The notes under the pieces: generated by a model | What the model was told of the DNA's origin: nothing | The model's input: the letters and a program-made list of their open reading frames with translations, nothing else | Database searches by the model: none | Part shown: positions 56,401-64,000 of the stretch, one piece after another | Numbering within the stretch: the stretch's first letter is position 1 | Layout: each line of letters opens with the position of its first letter | Program-made: the position numbers and the translations under genes | IMG/VR virus record: IMGVR_UViG_3300018421_000020 | From: an uncultured virus (IMG/VR IMGVR_UViG_3300018421_000020) | Taxonomy: Duplodnaviria > Heunggongvirae > Uroviricota > Caudoviricetes | Length of the DNA: 64,000 nucleotides | Strand: one strand, 5' to 3'

Positions 56401-56936
56401 GCTAAGATACCAACTTGTTCTGACCTACGCTCATCATTATTTAATTTGGGAATATCTTTACCACCACGATATACAATCACATGATTGTAATTTGAGGCAT
56501 AAATGTTGTTATTGTTAAATGCACTGGGAAATGAACCAGTTATAGCAGGGTCAGGAATATTGTTAGTTCTCAGGATCAAGCGATCCCCATCAAATGCACC
56601 CGTTGTAATGGAAACTGATACACTAGTAAGAATAGATCTTACATCAAAAGTATTGATGACTTTATTGTCATCCTGATTTGCCGTAATGTTGATTCTTAAA
56701 GGGTCATATCCCTTACCAGAGACCAAGACTCTGACGTGAGTAATCTTACCACTCTCAATGATTGGGTATAAGAGTGCAGGTATTTCGGGTGTGCCGCAGT
56801 TGTCTACCTCTAGTTGAGGAGGATCTGCAGGATCGTATCCAGATCCATTCTCCAAAACGACAACACTAGATACACCAAACTCCTTATTGAACAGGGGTTT
56901 GATTACTGCTCCGCTTCCAGGTACTGTCCTTGCCAT
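53478..56936 (-). CDS. Baseplate-region structural protein with a YHYH-like domain and inserted cupredoxin-like domain
   Basis: GHSKVLG.SYDGYPIYGPYGY, GDLDEYNGRYCVTPEYP; HP...YFCYYHPLMG; GxGY..P repeats. Confidence 0.8.
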   Translation of the reverse strand: MARTVPGSGAVIKPLFNKEFGVSSVVVLENGSGYDPADPPQLEVDNCGTPEIPALLYPIIESGKITHVRVLVSGKGYDPLRINITANQDDNKVINTFDVRSILTSVSVSITTGAFDGDRLILRTNNIPDPAITGSFPSAFNNNNIYASNYNHVIVYRGGKDIPKLNNDERRSEQVGILANGSPLFSPDAGTDGVPPVGFHYNAVKTNFYDHDAYHGYPTNENLYVFQDSEIIDSFSQGLFNIKSYFSTSNFSGDKSRHTNGHSKVLGISYDGYPIYGPYGYTSPLDDQSAVKRIETGYRLRTGVEIDGNRATINTPAAATYTITVQEVDGVNKYIVNGGSFTNAVAPVLLLNRGDTITFNQDDASNQQHPILLSDVIGDSAGQAWHATGRTPQDRDDLYERGVTYFLNGSAVSYADYISGFGAATTRSLQIVIPDYSPANFSYFCYYHPLMGNKSNNLGHTAGTFIEDYIYDSNVGDLDEYNGRYCVTPEYPNGTYAYFLTTDASGDPEYPYCIGEYYYSSVVRYGEQPPAANLEVPQGARAEVILSESNPGEVEYVKMIAGGDGYFGTARADILGGEGSGATAVPVTQSISGLSLVSPGRSYITPPTLFFQGGGGQGAEGVANIDTSGILTDISIANPGRFYQEPPYILITGGGGVGAKATARISQGEVVGIDVTDPGRGYTSPPNIIFTKLVNVKRKVRNRQSFNSASFYITALEKSLNTSDDEVIVQSTDAFPGSGTFILGKEIIEYTSKNAKKFLGCTRGTNFRYDQRVIVDGIQNVNGVSTYEFNVGDRLVRRIENASNKIAKVYDWNPNTRELFVIFEIDELAFIDAGIPSTSDRTVAFDAGTQSSSNALQLPHVIIDSIGNDIVVYQLTLTDKAFEDDDELDGAGDGIPDVVNTGTDFENQINLDGGIPSSKYGIEETQGGQNTTLFSIGDQVKDASIPFKFATIESAGALGDGVEHTSRLKLKFLSTDNNATNFVVGETVTGQNSGIQATVESWDLANKTLTVINPQPYFTNNVNLGINGYFYEFSEKSTVVQIRVVDPGLDYTGIPTITVENSGELQATGTVTMTGDGDQVSSITVTSGGYGYEKTITAGTLHPTVTFTNANGDTTGNGAVAEVILGGEKVSGAGGASWRIQSIEYDTLIRDE

Positions 56937-56942
56937 TTATTA

Positions 56943-58124
56943 TTACGATACGATTACGATCTGATTGCCCATTGCACCATGAACAGTGCATTGATAATAA
57001 AGAGTAGCAGGTGCATCCATGGGAACTACGAAAGTAGTTCTTCCTGCCCCATCATTCGTGACACCAGCGGTATAGGCAGAACCACCAGAAGACTGACGAA
57101 TTTCAAATGGGTGGACGGTGTATAGTGCAGAATTATTAAAGATGTAAGTATGACCCCTATGCAGATACAGAGGAGGATCATTGATAGCACCACTGAAACC
57201 AGGACCACTGAAAGTATAGTGAGAGTTAGTTCCATCTGTACCAAGAGTCCATTTCATCGCAGGCGAACTAACGGGAACCCAGTTGTTCCCATCATAATAA
57301 AGAGTATCACCCTCAGCAGGAGTTCCAGTAAATGAAAATCCTCCACCACCAGTGTAGGCAATGGTAAGGGTATCTCCACTAATCGTGGTTGAGATGTCAG
57401 TTCCACCAGTAACAGTCAGCGTGTCAGTAGCGCCCAGAGCGGTGGTAGAACCTGTGTCAGCATTGAAGGTAGCGAAGATATTACCACCACCAGCACCACC
57501 ACCAGTGCCAGGTTCAAAGCGACCGTTGACAGCATTCCAGGTAGGAACTTGACCGTCAGTGTAATTCGTATCTTGAACGTTTGAAAGATCTTGGATTCTG
57601 CCAGTTTCGGTGTCAATCAGGTTGACCCAGGCAGTTCCGTTTGAGTAGTATGCTTTACTTACATCAGCAACATAGGCAAACATGCCAACGTAAGTGCTGA
57701 ATACTGGAAGATCGGATGCACTCGTATATGGTGCATTCCACTTGAAGAATCCGTCAGCACCATCAATGATTGTATCGGTGCCGTTAGATCCATTTCTAAA
57801 AATGATGTCTCCAGTACCATCAGACTGAAGAAGAATATTACCATTATTAGAGGAAACAATGTTAAATCCGTTAACGTTGAGGTTTTCCTCTAAGAGGTTT
57901 TTATTTGTTGGTCTGGCAGGAGTGAAAGCACTTCCATTCCAGGTCAGTGCATCGCCTACATTTGGGGATGCGGTACTAACTAGAATATTTTGAGCGCCAG
58001 CAGTTCCGCCGAGGGCATCATACAACTCGGTGAAGTTTGCATTGACTTTGGTGCCACCCGCTCGGAGGGAGTCACCCGTTCCGTCGTTGGCAGCATTACC
58101 TAGTTGCAGAATTTCTTTTGCCAT
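56943..58124 (-). CDS. gp9/gp10-like N-terminal anchor protein with C-terminal cupredoxin-like domain
   Basis: G.AANDGTGDSLRAGG.KVN.NF.ELY; HPFEIR...LYYQCTVHGAMG. Confidence 0.8.
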   Translation of the reverse strand: MAKEILQLGNAANDGTGDSLRAGGTKVNANFTELYDALGGTAGAQNILVSTASPNVGDALTWNGSAFTPARPTNKNLLEENLNVNGFNIVSSNNGNILLQSDGTGDIIFRNGSNGTDTIIDGADGFFKWNAPYTSASDLPVFSTYVGMFAYVADVSKAYYSNGTAWVNLIDTETGRIQDLSNVQDTNYTDGQVPTWNAVNGRFEPGTGGGAGGGNIFATFNADTGSTTALGATDTLTVTGGTDISTTISGDTLTIAYTGGGGFSFTGTPAEGDTLYYDGNNWVPVSSPAMKWTLGTDGTNSHYTFSGPGFSGAINDPPLYLHRGHTYIFNNSALYTVHPFEIRQSSGGSAYTAGVTNDGAGRTTFVVPMDAPATLYYQCTVHGAMGNQIVIVS

Positions 58125-58142
58125 TAGACCAAGGTTTTTAGT

Positions 58143-58149
58143 TATTTAT
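58143..58149 (-). promoter_or_regulatory. Late promoter ATAAATA
   Basis: tatttat in the intergenic gap. Confidence 0.7.
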
Positions 58150-58160
58150 TAGAGTTAAAA

Positions 58161-59927
58161 TCAACCTGCGCTGAGACCACCACTCTCAATGTACTGACGT
58201 ATCAAAACGTTCAGACCTTCGTTGGTATCATGTCCAGCATCACTTCTAGCATGAACAACAGCATTAGCAAGATATTTGTAGAGATACACGTTTGAATAAT
58301 CATCCATGTACTCTCCCTGCAATTCTCCTAGTTGATTCCCAGTGTATCCCTGAGATTTTGCTAGTGCCCAGGCAGAGAACTGAGCGGCATAAAATACGGT
58401 ATTTGGAACACCAGCACTACTACCTCCAGCATAAGGAATAACAGAATCGTTAGTATTTTGTACTAACAAACACTTTCTACCAGTAGGAGGAGTAAATTCT
58501 ACGGTATAACCTGAATTTTCATTGGCAGATCCCGTATTTTCATGATCACTTGGTCGGTAAAATGCACCGTCTCTATACTGTTGATTATGGAGACTTGACA
58601 CAACACAGACAACTGTTTCCAATCCAGCATCAGGAAGTTCTAACAATGCTCTCAGTGCCAGAGCGCCACCATTAGAAATACCAAGTATTCTAAATTTATC
58701 TGGAGCAACGTTACTATACTGTCTGAGATTTCTTATCAATTGGGTCAGATACTCAATATCTGGTGCTTTACTTTCATCAATGATATTCCATTTGTTAAGA
58801 TATCCAGTTGGTGCGACCAATATATCACCAGGAAGTCTGTCTCTCCACACACTAATCAATCCATTTCCATTGCCACCAGATCCATGAAGTAGGATAGTGA
58901 CGGGAAGTCTAGATGGAAGTGCAGGAGATCCAGGCGGCGGAGTCGCAGGCATACTTACAACAGAGTCATAATTAAATGACGCTTGACTCCACTGCTTAGT
59001 GATTCTCAGAATGTCTTCAGCACTAAGAGGACCAACAGGACCACTGTGATCATCACCCTCATAATCTTCGGGAGGCCATTGACGTTGTTGTTTCGTTTGT
59101 GGACCAAAAATATATGGGTATACTGGTTCGTTTTCCTCGTCAAGAGTGATGAAGTATGCAAATGTGCCGTCAGGATACTCTGGGGTCACACAATATCTAC
59201 CATTATATTCATCCAGGTCACCAAGACCGTTCACATATTCATAGTCTTGCACAAAACTGCCAGCAGCATATTGACTGTAGCTGAAAGTTCTGCCATCACG
59301 AGGACTTGTAAGTAGTCTATATGAGGATCTAACACGTTTGGTTCCACTAGTATTATCTTCACCCGCACTATATCCAAATGGACCATAGATAGGGTATCCA
59401 TCAAAACAGAATCCTATAATTTTTGAGTGTCCGTCAGGATGTCTAAAGTAGTTCCCCTCAAAATTAGAGGAACTAAAATATTCATTTGACTGGATCAAAG
59501 AATTGCCCCAGCAGTTTACCAAAAAGGAACCAGAGTGATAATGATATTCACCATTTTGCTCAGCGTGTCCACCACATGCATCTACACCGTAAACAGACTC
59601 ATTAAAAACTGCATTCCAATTGAATCCATTTGCAGGTGCAACAGTCCGACCTGGCAGAGGACCAGGACCAGCGGAAGGATTGAATAATACAACTCCATTT
59701 AGAGCAATACCCTGAGCACCGAGAGTTGTTGCCTGAGGATTAGAAGTATTAGTTCCTCCCCTCAGAGTAAATACGAACTCTCCCTCCTGAGCAGATACCG
59801 TATTTGGATTATTGGGAAAATTCCCAGAACCCAACGGATCTCCAAAAAGAGCTGGTTCGGGACGCTGATCGGTAGTAACCGTCAGCACCCCATCTTCCAA
59901 TACTGCTGTTGTATTTGACTGTGGCAT
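58161..59927 (-). CDS. YHYH domain + alpha/beta-hydrolase (esterase/PHB-depolymerase-like) fusion
   Basis: GEYHYH, DGYPIYGP; LLHGSGG, GISNGG, NDSVIPYAGG, AGH. Confidence 0.82.
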   Translation of the reverse strand: MPQSNTTAVLEDGVLTVTTDQRPEPALFGDPLGSGNFPNNPNTVSAQEGEFVFTLRGGTNTSNPQATTLGAQGIALNGVVLFNPSAGPGPLPGRTVAPANGFNWNAVFNESVYGVDACGGHAEQNGEYHYHSGSFLVNCWGNSLIQSNEYFSSSNFEGNYFRHPDGHSKIIGFCFDGYPIYGPFGYSAGEDNTSGTKRVRSSYRLLTSPRDGRTFSYSQYAAGSFVQDYEYVNGLGDLDEYNGRYCVTPEYPDGTFAYFITLDEENEPVYPYIFGPQTKQQRQWPPEDYEGDDHSGPVGPLSAEDILRITKQWSQASFNYDSVVSMPATPPPGSPALPSRLPVTILLHGSGGNGNGLISVWRDRLPGDILVAPTGYLNKWNIIDESKAPDIEYLTQLIRNLRQYSNVAPDKFRILGISNGGALALRALLELPDAGLETVVCVVSSLHNQQYRDGAFYRPSDHENTGSANENSGYTVEFTPPTGRKCLLVQNTNDSVIPYAGGSSAGVPNTVFYAAQFSAWALAKSQGYTGNQLGELQGEYMDDYSNVYLYKYLANAVVHARSDAGHDTNEGLNVLIRQYIESGGLSAG

Positions 59928-59948
59928 CTTTACTGTATACCTTTCTAA

Positions 59949-59955
59949 TATTTAG
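59949..59955 (-). promoter_or_regulatory. Late promoter CTAAATA
   Basis: tatttag overlapping the upstream stop. Confidence 0.65.
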
Positions 59956-62900
59956 GAACCACTCGTCCAGATGTTAGCGACATTGTAAGTTCCATTCGTG
60001 GAGAAGTCTGCGAGTTCTGTGGGAGTCTCAGTTGGATCTGAAGTGCCCTGACCAAGAATGTCTCCACTGTTGAAGTCATCCAGATTCTCAGGCGTTACAC
60101 TAATCAGATCCTCATCAACAACCTCTACGGTGTACAGAGCTTCCTGACCATAATCTGCGAGATTTGGTGGGGTATAATCATCAGCAACGACCGTAAGAAC
60201 ATCAATTTCGGGGTAAGCATAACCACTACCAGAGTTGGTGGTATCTACACGCGAGACGCCAACCAGCGCCTTGACGTTAGCATCAAGACCCGAGGAAGAG
60301 TCAACACGAACAATCGGGCGACCAGTGTATCCAGAACCAGGATTGGTGACCTGTACCGAGTCAACTCTACCTTTCAGCAGGTTTGCAGTTGCTTCAGCAT
60401 CGCGTCCAAATACGGAACCGATGTATTCAAATGTAACCAGAGTATTTGCAGATTCAATAACAGCGACTTCTCTGTCTACCGTCTCACCTTGGATGTCAAG
60501 GAGGTCTCCTGCCTCAATCGGGGGTACGACAACCGATCTCGTAACGTCAGCGTCAGAACCGATGTATGCGAAACCAACGAACGTTGATCCAACACGAGGA
60601 ACTTCCTTGAAGACGACACGAGAACCAACCATTTCAAATCCAATTCCTGGTTCCTGAATAACACCATTGAGCGAGATAATGATGTTATTATCTGCGATGA
60701 TGGACTCGGTAGACTGAACACCTTCCGTGAGCGCGAGCGAGTAGAATGTACCAGAACGCTTGAGGTTGAAGGACGAACGCAAGGAGTCAAACTCAAAGCT
60801 GATATCATCCAACTGACGCATCTTACCAAGATAGAAACCAGTGAAGGAAGAACCAAGCGTAGGTGCTTCGTTGAACTGGATAACATCCGAGAAGGCACTA
60901 TAGGAACCGCCTGCGCCAGGAGGTTGCAGAATACCATTAACAAAGATCATCATATGACCTTCAGGATCGGGGAAGTATGGCGTACCGTTTTGTTCGGTAA
61001 GTTTGAAGGAAGTTTGTACTCCATCAAAACCAACGAACCAGCGATTAGTTCTACCAACAACATCTACCTTTTCATAAGATGCTGCCTTGAATCCAGCGTC
61101 AGAAATAACAGTGTCATTGCCCGTAAAGGTGCCAACAACATCACCCAAGTAAACTCTCTTAGAAAGACCCAGAGCATCAATACGGGTGACCGTACCGTAC
61201 GCAGTGGTATTGCTAGTAATTGTAGTGGATACCGTAGCGTAGATGGTGGGTTGAGACGTGTTGCCGATAGGATACTGTGCAATGAACTGACCGTTCTGGA
61301 ATACAGAATTACCAATCGGAGAGACGTACAGGTAGTTATTATCACTATCCCATCCAGTCACATAACCGTATGCACCTTCAAAAATCTGAGAGAGATTATT
61401 GTTTGCCTGGTAAACAAATTGCCCAACAGCAAAGTCTTGATCGGCATATTGAGATCCTATAGAGACACCCAAGCGAGTATATCCAGTTGCAACAACCTTG
61501 TCACCAACATCCAGAGATACTGGGATCAACGGGTGCGTAATCATATCCAGGAAGACTCTAGTCTGGAACGGATAGATGACAGAAGTAGTTTCAAAAGATC
61601 CACTGATGCTTTCGGTATCAATGGTTAGTTTACCGCCAAGGTTATTTGTAACTGCACCAGAGTTCTCAATGAAGTTAGAGGTGATTGCAGTTTCCCCAGA
61701 AGTATATCCTTTGAAGGAATACCCACTAGTAAATCCAACTGTATTCTGGAGGTCAATGACTTGCAGTCTGTTAGTGATCTCCTGAATGCCTGCATTGGTG
61801 AGAGTCTGGACTTCCAGAGTGATGTTAGCACCACCACCATTGCCCAGGTTTACATCTTGCAGGGTAAGAACGTCACCGATGGTATATCCAGCACCACCCG
61901 TAGCGATAGTTACGTTTGCTGCACCAGTATCATCAACCGATACATCAAACGTCGCTTGAGGGTTGCCAGTTCCACCAGTTGCCGTGACAGTATAGGAACC
62001 TTGGACTCTGTTGGGATCAGCACCAGCGTTAGTGAGGTTTGTGAAGGAACCCACCAAGTTGATGCCACCTTGGATTAGGGTGCCGTTAAGAGCGCCCGTG
62101 ATAGAATCGTTAATTGCAAAACTACCAGCGGTAATGATAACATCCATATAACGGAAGTTTTCATCCTCATGGAATCCGTAGATGGTTCCAGTATTCGCTG
62201 CATTTCCAGTAGTCTGAATAGACTCACCAAGTTTGAAGTCATTAGATGCAGTGCCGAGAACGACTTGATCTGGATCAAACTTAAATCTCTGATAGATCTT
62301 AGCAATAGTTGCCTCACTAAAGGTAATCTTTTCAACCTCACCATAGGAATCCGAAGACAGACCGTAGAAGAAGTCGGATCCTACCAGTTCCTTACTGATA
62401 GGAACAGGAATATTTCTAGATCCGCCAGCAACATAAGTCTGAGCGGGAATTGTAATACCAACTACAGTATCAAGATCAACATAATAGTTGGTATCTTTTA
62501 GTTGCTCTCTATACAGATCAAATGTATTAGTGAGTCTGAGCATAACCTCAGCAACATCATAACGATCATTCAGTTGCGGATCATAGTAAGGAACCGCGCC
62601 AGACTCAGGAGCAGGATTGACATGAGTGCCATTGAGTTGTGCCTCAATGAAGTCCTCAGCTCTATCAATAATAAACTTCTTAATATTATATTCATCGGAA
62701 ACATAGAATTTCTCGCCGCTGTTGGCAGTGTAAATTCCAAGTCCGCCCTTATTGAGTTCGGCACCCCAGATGTAAGAACCGTTGGTGCCATTACCTTCAG
62801 AACCAGTACCCGAAAGAGTACCAGTGTTATTCAGCATGTATTCTTTGATCTCAAGTTGTGAGATACCGAAGGGAACGCGAATTGTGATGAAAGGACGGAA

Positions 62901-64000
62901 CCAACCGAAACCATAGGGTTTGACACCCCAGGAGATACCCTTCTTAGCTTCAGACTCGGCAAAGGTGCTGCTAGAGGTGAGTCCATCACCAACAACAACG
63001 TTACCAGAGATAAACAGCGAAGGACCAACAGCACCAGTTACAGCGTCCCAAGTGAATTCTGCCTTATCGTTAGCACTCCAGGCAATGCTGTGACGGAACT
63101 TGTAATATTCACCTTGCTTAACAAAACAAGACCAAGTGTACTCTTGGAAGGAATTGGAGTCGCCCTCGTCAAAGGTATTATTGGTATCATCAAAGGTGAT
63201 AGTGCTATCATCAAAGGTGTCATAGGAAGGAAGCGTGTAAGTTCTTTCCACAACTTTGAAAGAAGTATTGTTACCAGGAATATACTTGTCTGCGGTCAGA
63301 GTACCATCAGGACCCGTAGTCGCATCGGCAGTAATAGTACCACCAGTGATAGTCCATCCACCAGCACCGAACTGCTCCCTTTCGGGAGATGGGAAGATAT
63401 TAACATTGGCAAGTTCTCCTGTTACTGGAGAAGGCAGCAAACGCAGACTGTCAATAGCAGCAACGTTGCTAAATCCATTCAGGCGAACAGGTCCCTGAAC
63501 AGCAGTTGCAGTTGCAGAGATGAAGCGATGGGTGTATGCACCACCAGTAATAACGGCATTAGCAGAAGCACTTACAAAAGTATGTGCAGTCGCATTATCA
63601 TATCCACCAACATTCACTGTAATGGTGCCATCTTGATGCTGCAAAGCATTAGTGAGAGCATAAACAAATTGGTGAGTAGAAGTATCGGTAGAAGTGCCAA
63701 CGTTAATTTCAAACTGATCGCCATTGACATTGCTAACAGTCAACCATTGCTGACTTGCAGGATCGGAAGGTCTGGGGTATGCATGTTCGGTTTCATTATT
63801 ATCCAAACTACAAGTGAATACCAGACTCTCATCCAGAAGACGAATCTTATCACCAGAACCGAACGGGTGACCGATAACAGTCAACACCGATATTCCAGTG
63901 GTGGGATCATAAGTGGCGTTCTCAACATCGTAATTGGTATAACCAACTTCGGTAACAATAATATTAGTTCCAGCGAAAGGATCGCTTCCAGGACGAGGAT
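59952..64000 (-). CDS. C-terminal part of a giant virion structural protein (baseplate region), partial
   Basis: Frame stays open from 63887 to the window edge (PRPGSDPFAGTNII...YDPTTG); H-x-YPR..DP repeats; FDGVQTSF.L and NGILQPP domains. Confidence 0.85.
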   Translation of the reverse strand, partial: PRPGSDPFAGTNIIVTEVGYTNYDVENATYDPTTGISVLTVIGHPFGSGDKIRLLDESLVFTCSLDNNETEHAYPRPSDPASQQWLTVSNVNGDQFEINVGTSTDTSTHQFVYALTNALQHQDGTITVNVGGYDNATAHTFVSASANAVITGGAYTHRFISATATAVQGPVRLNGFSNVAAIDSLRLLPSPVTGELANVNIFPSPEREQFGAGGWTITGGTITADATTGPDGTLTADKYIPGNNTSFKVVERTYTLPSYDTFDDSTITFDDTNNTFDEGDSNSFQEYTWSCFVKQGEYYKFRHSIAWSANDKAEFTWDAVTGAVGPSLFISGNVVVGDGLTSSSTFAESEAKKGISWGVKPYGFGWFRPFITIRVPFGISQLEIKEYMLNNTGTLSGTGSEGNGTNGSYIWGAELNKGGLGIYTANSGEKFYVSDEYNIKKFIIDRAEDFIEAQLNGTHVNPAPESGAVPYYDPQLNDRYDVAEVMLRLTNTFDLYREQLKDTNYYVDLDTVVGITIPAQTYVAGGSRNIPVPISKELVGSDFFYGLSSDSYGEVEKITFSEATIAKIYQRFKFDPDQVVLGTASNDFKLGESIQTTGNAANTGTIYGFHEDENFRYMDVIITAGSFAINDSITGALNGTLIQGGINLVGSFTNLTNAGADPNRVQGSYTVTATGGTGNPQATFDVSVDDTGAANVTIATGGAGYTIGDVLTLQDVNLGNGGGANITLEVQTLTNAGIQEITNRLQVIDLQNTVGFTSGYSFKGYTSGETAITSNFIENSGAVTNNLGGKLTIDTESISGSFETTSVIYPFQTRVFLDMITHPLIPVSLDVGDKVVATGYTRLGVSIGSQYADQDFAVGQFVYQANNNLSQIFEGAYGYVTGWDSDNNYLYVSPIGNSVFQNGQFIAQYPIGNTSQPTIYATVSTTITSNTTAYGTVTRIDALGLSKRVYLGDVVGTFTGNDTVISDAGFKAASYEKVDVVGRTNRWFVGFDGVQTSFKLTEQNGTPYFPDPEGHMMIFVNGILQPPGAGGSYSAFSDVIQFNEAPTLGSSFTGFYLGKMRQLDDISFEFDSLRSSFNLKRSGTFYSLALTEGVQSTESIIADNNIIISLNGVIQEPGIGFEMVGSRVVFKEVPRVGSTFVGFAYIGSDADVTRSVVVPPIEAGDLLDIQGETVDREVAVIESANTLVTFEYIGSVFGRDAEATANLLKGRVDSVQVTNPGSGYTGRPIVRVDSSSGLDANVKALVGVSRVDTTNSGSGYAYPEIDVLTVVADDYTPPNLADYGQEALYTVEVVDEDLISVTPENLDDFNSGDILGQGTSDPTETPTELADFSTNGTYNVANIWTSGS

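Noticed and set aside
63887..64000. ORF-track start at 63887
   Set aside because: The frame is open to the window edge, so the gene is partial and starts outside the window

Overview
A 64-kb piece of a T4-like marine cyanophage genome (Kyanoviridae-type myovirus), densely coding and read almost entirely on the minus strand. In transcription order (right to left) it holds: (i) a baseplate/fibre block: a partial giant structural protein, a YHYH + alpha/beta-hydrolase fusion, a gp9/10-headed protein, a YHYH + cupredoxin-like protein, gp8, a 2473-aa DUF4815/VrlC-like protein and a 2027-aa fibre; (ii) neck, packaging, tail and head genes g13-g16, a variable g16-g17 island, g17-g23, an inserted carbamoyltransferase and g3; (iii) recombination/replication genes uvsY, uvsW, g55, g47, g46, a peptidase-vWA / CobS-like AAA+ pair, g45, g44, dam, g62 and regA; (iv) a late-promoter cluster of small membrane proteins. 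Many TAAATA late promoters, five sigma70-like promoters and three GC-rich terminator hairpins are visible. I saw no tRNA, CRISPR array, intron, intein or transposon. The most notable observations are complete blue-copper-type ligand sets and YHYH domains in putative virion proteins, an esterase fused to a YHYH domain, a CBM5/12-like module shared by the tail sheath and the fibre, a perfect back-to-back promoter pair upstream of g55 with one arm firing antisense, a basic polyprotein punctuated by gp21-like cleavage sites, and a carbamoyltransferase plus three 2OG-Fe(II) oxygenases inserted into core operons. All assignments come from motif recognition and synteny, without database searches.
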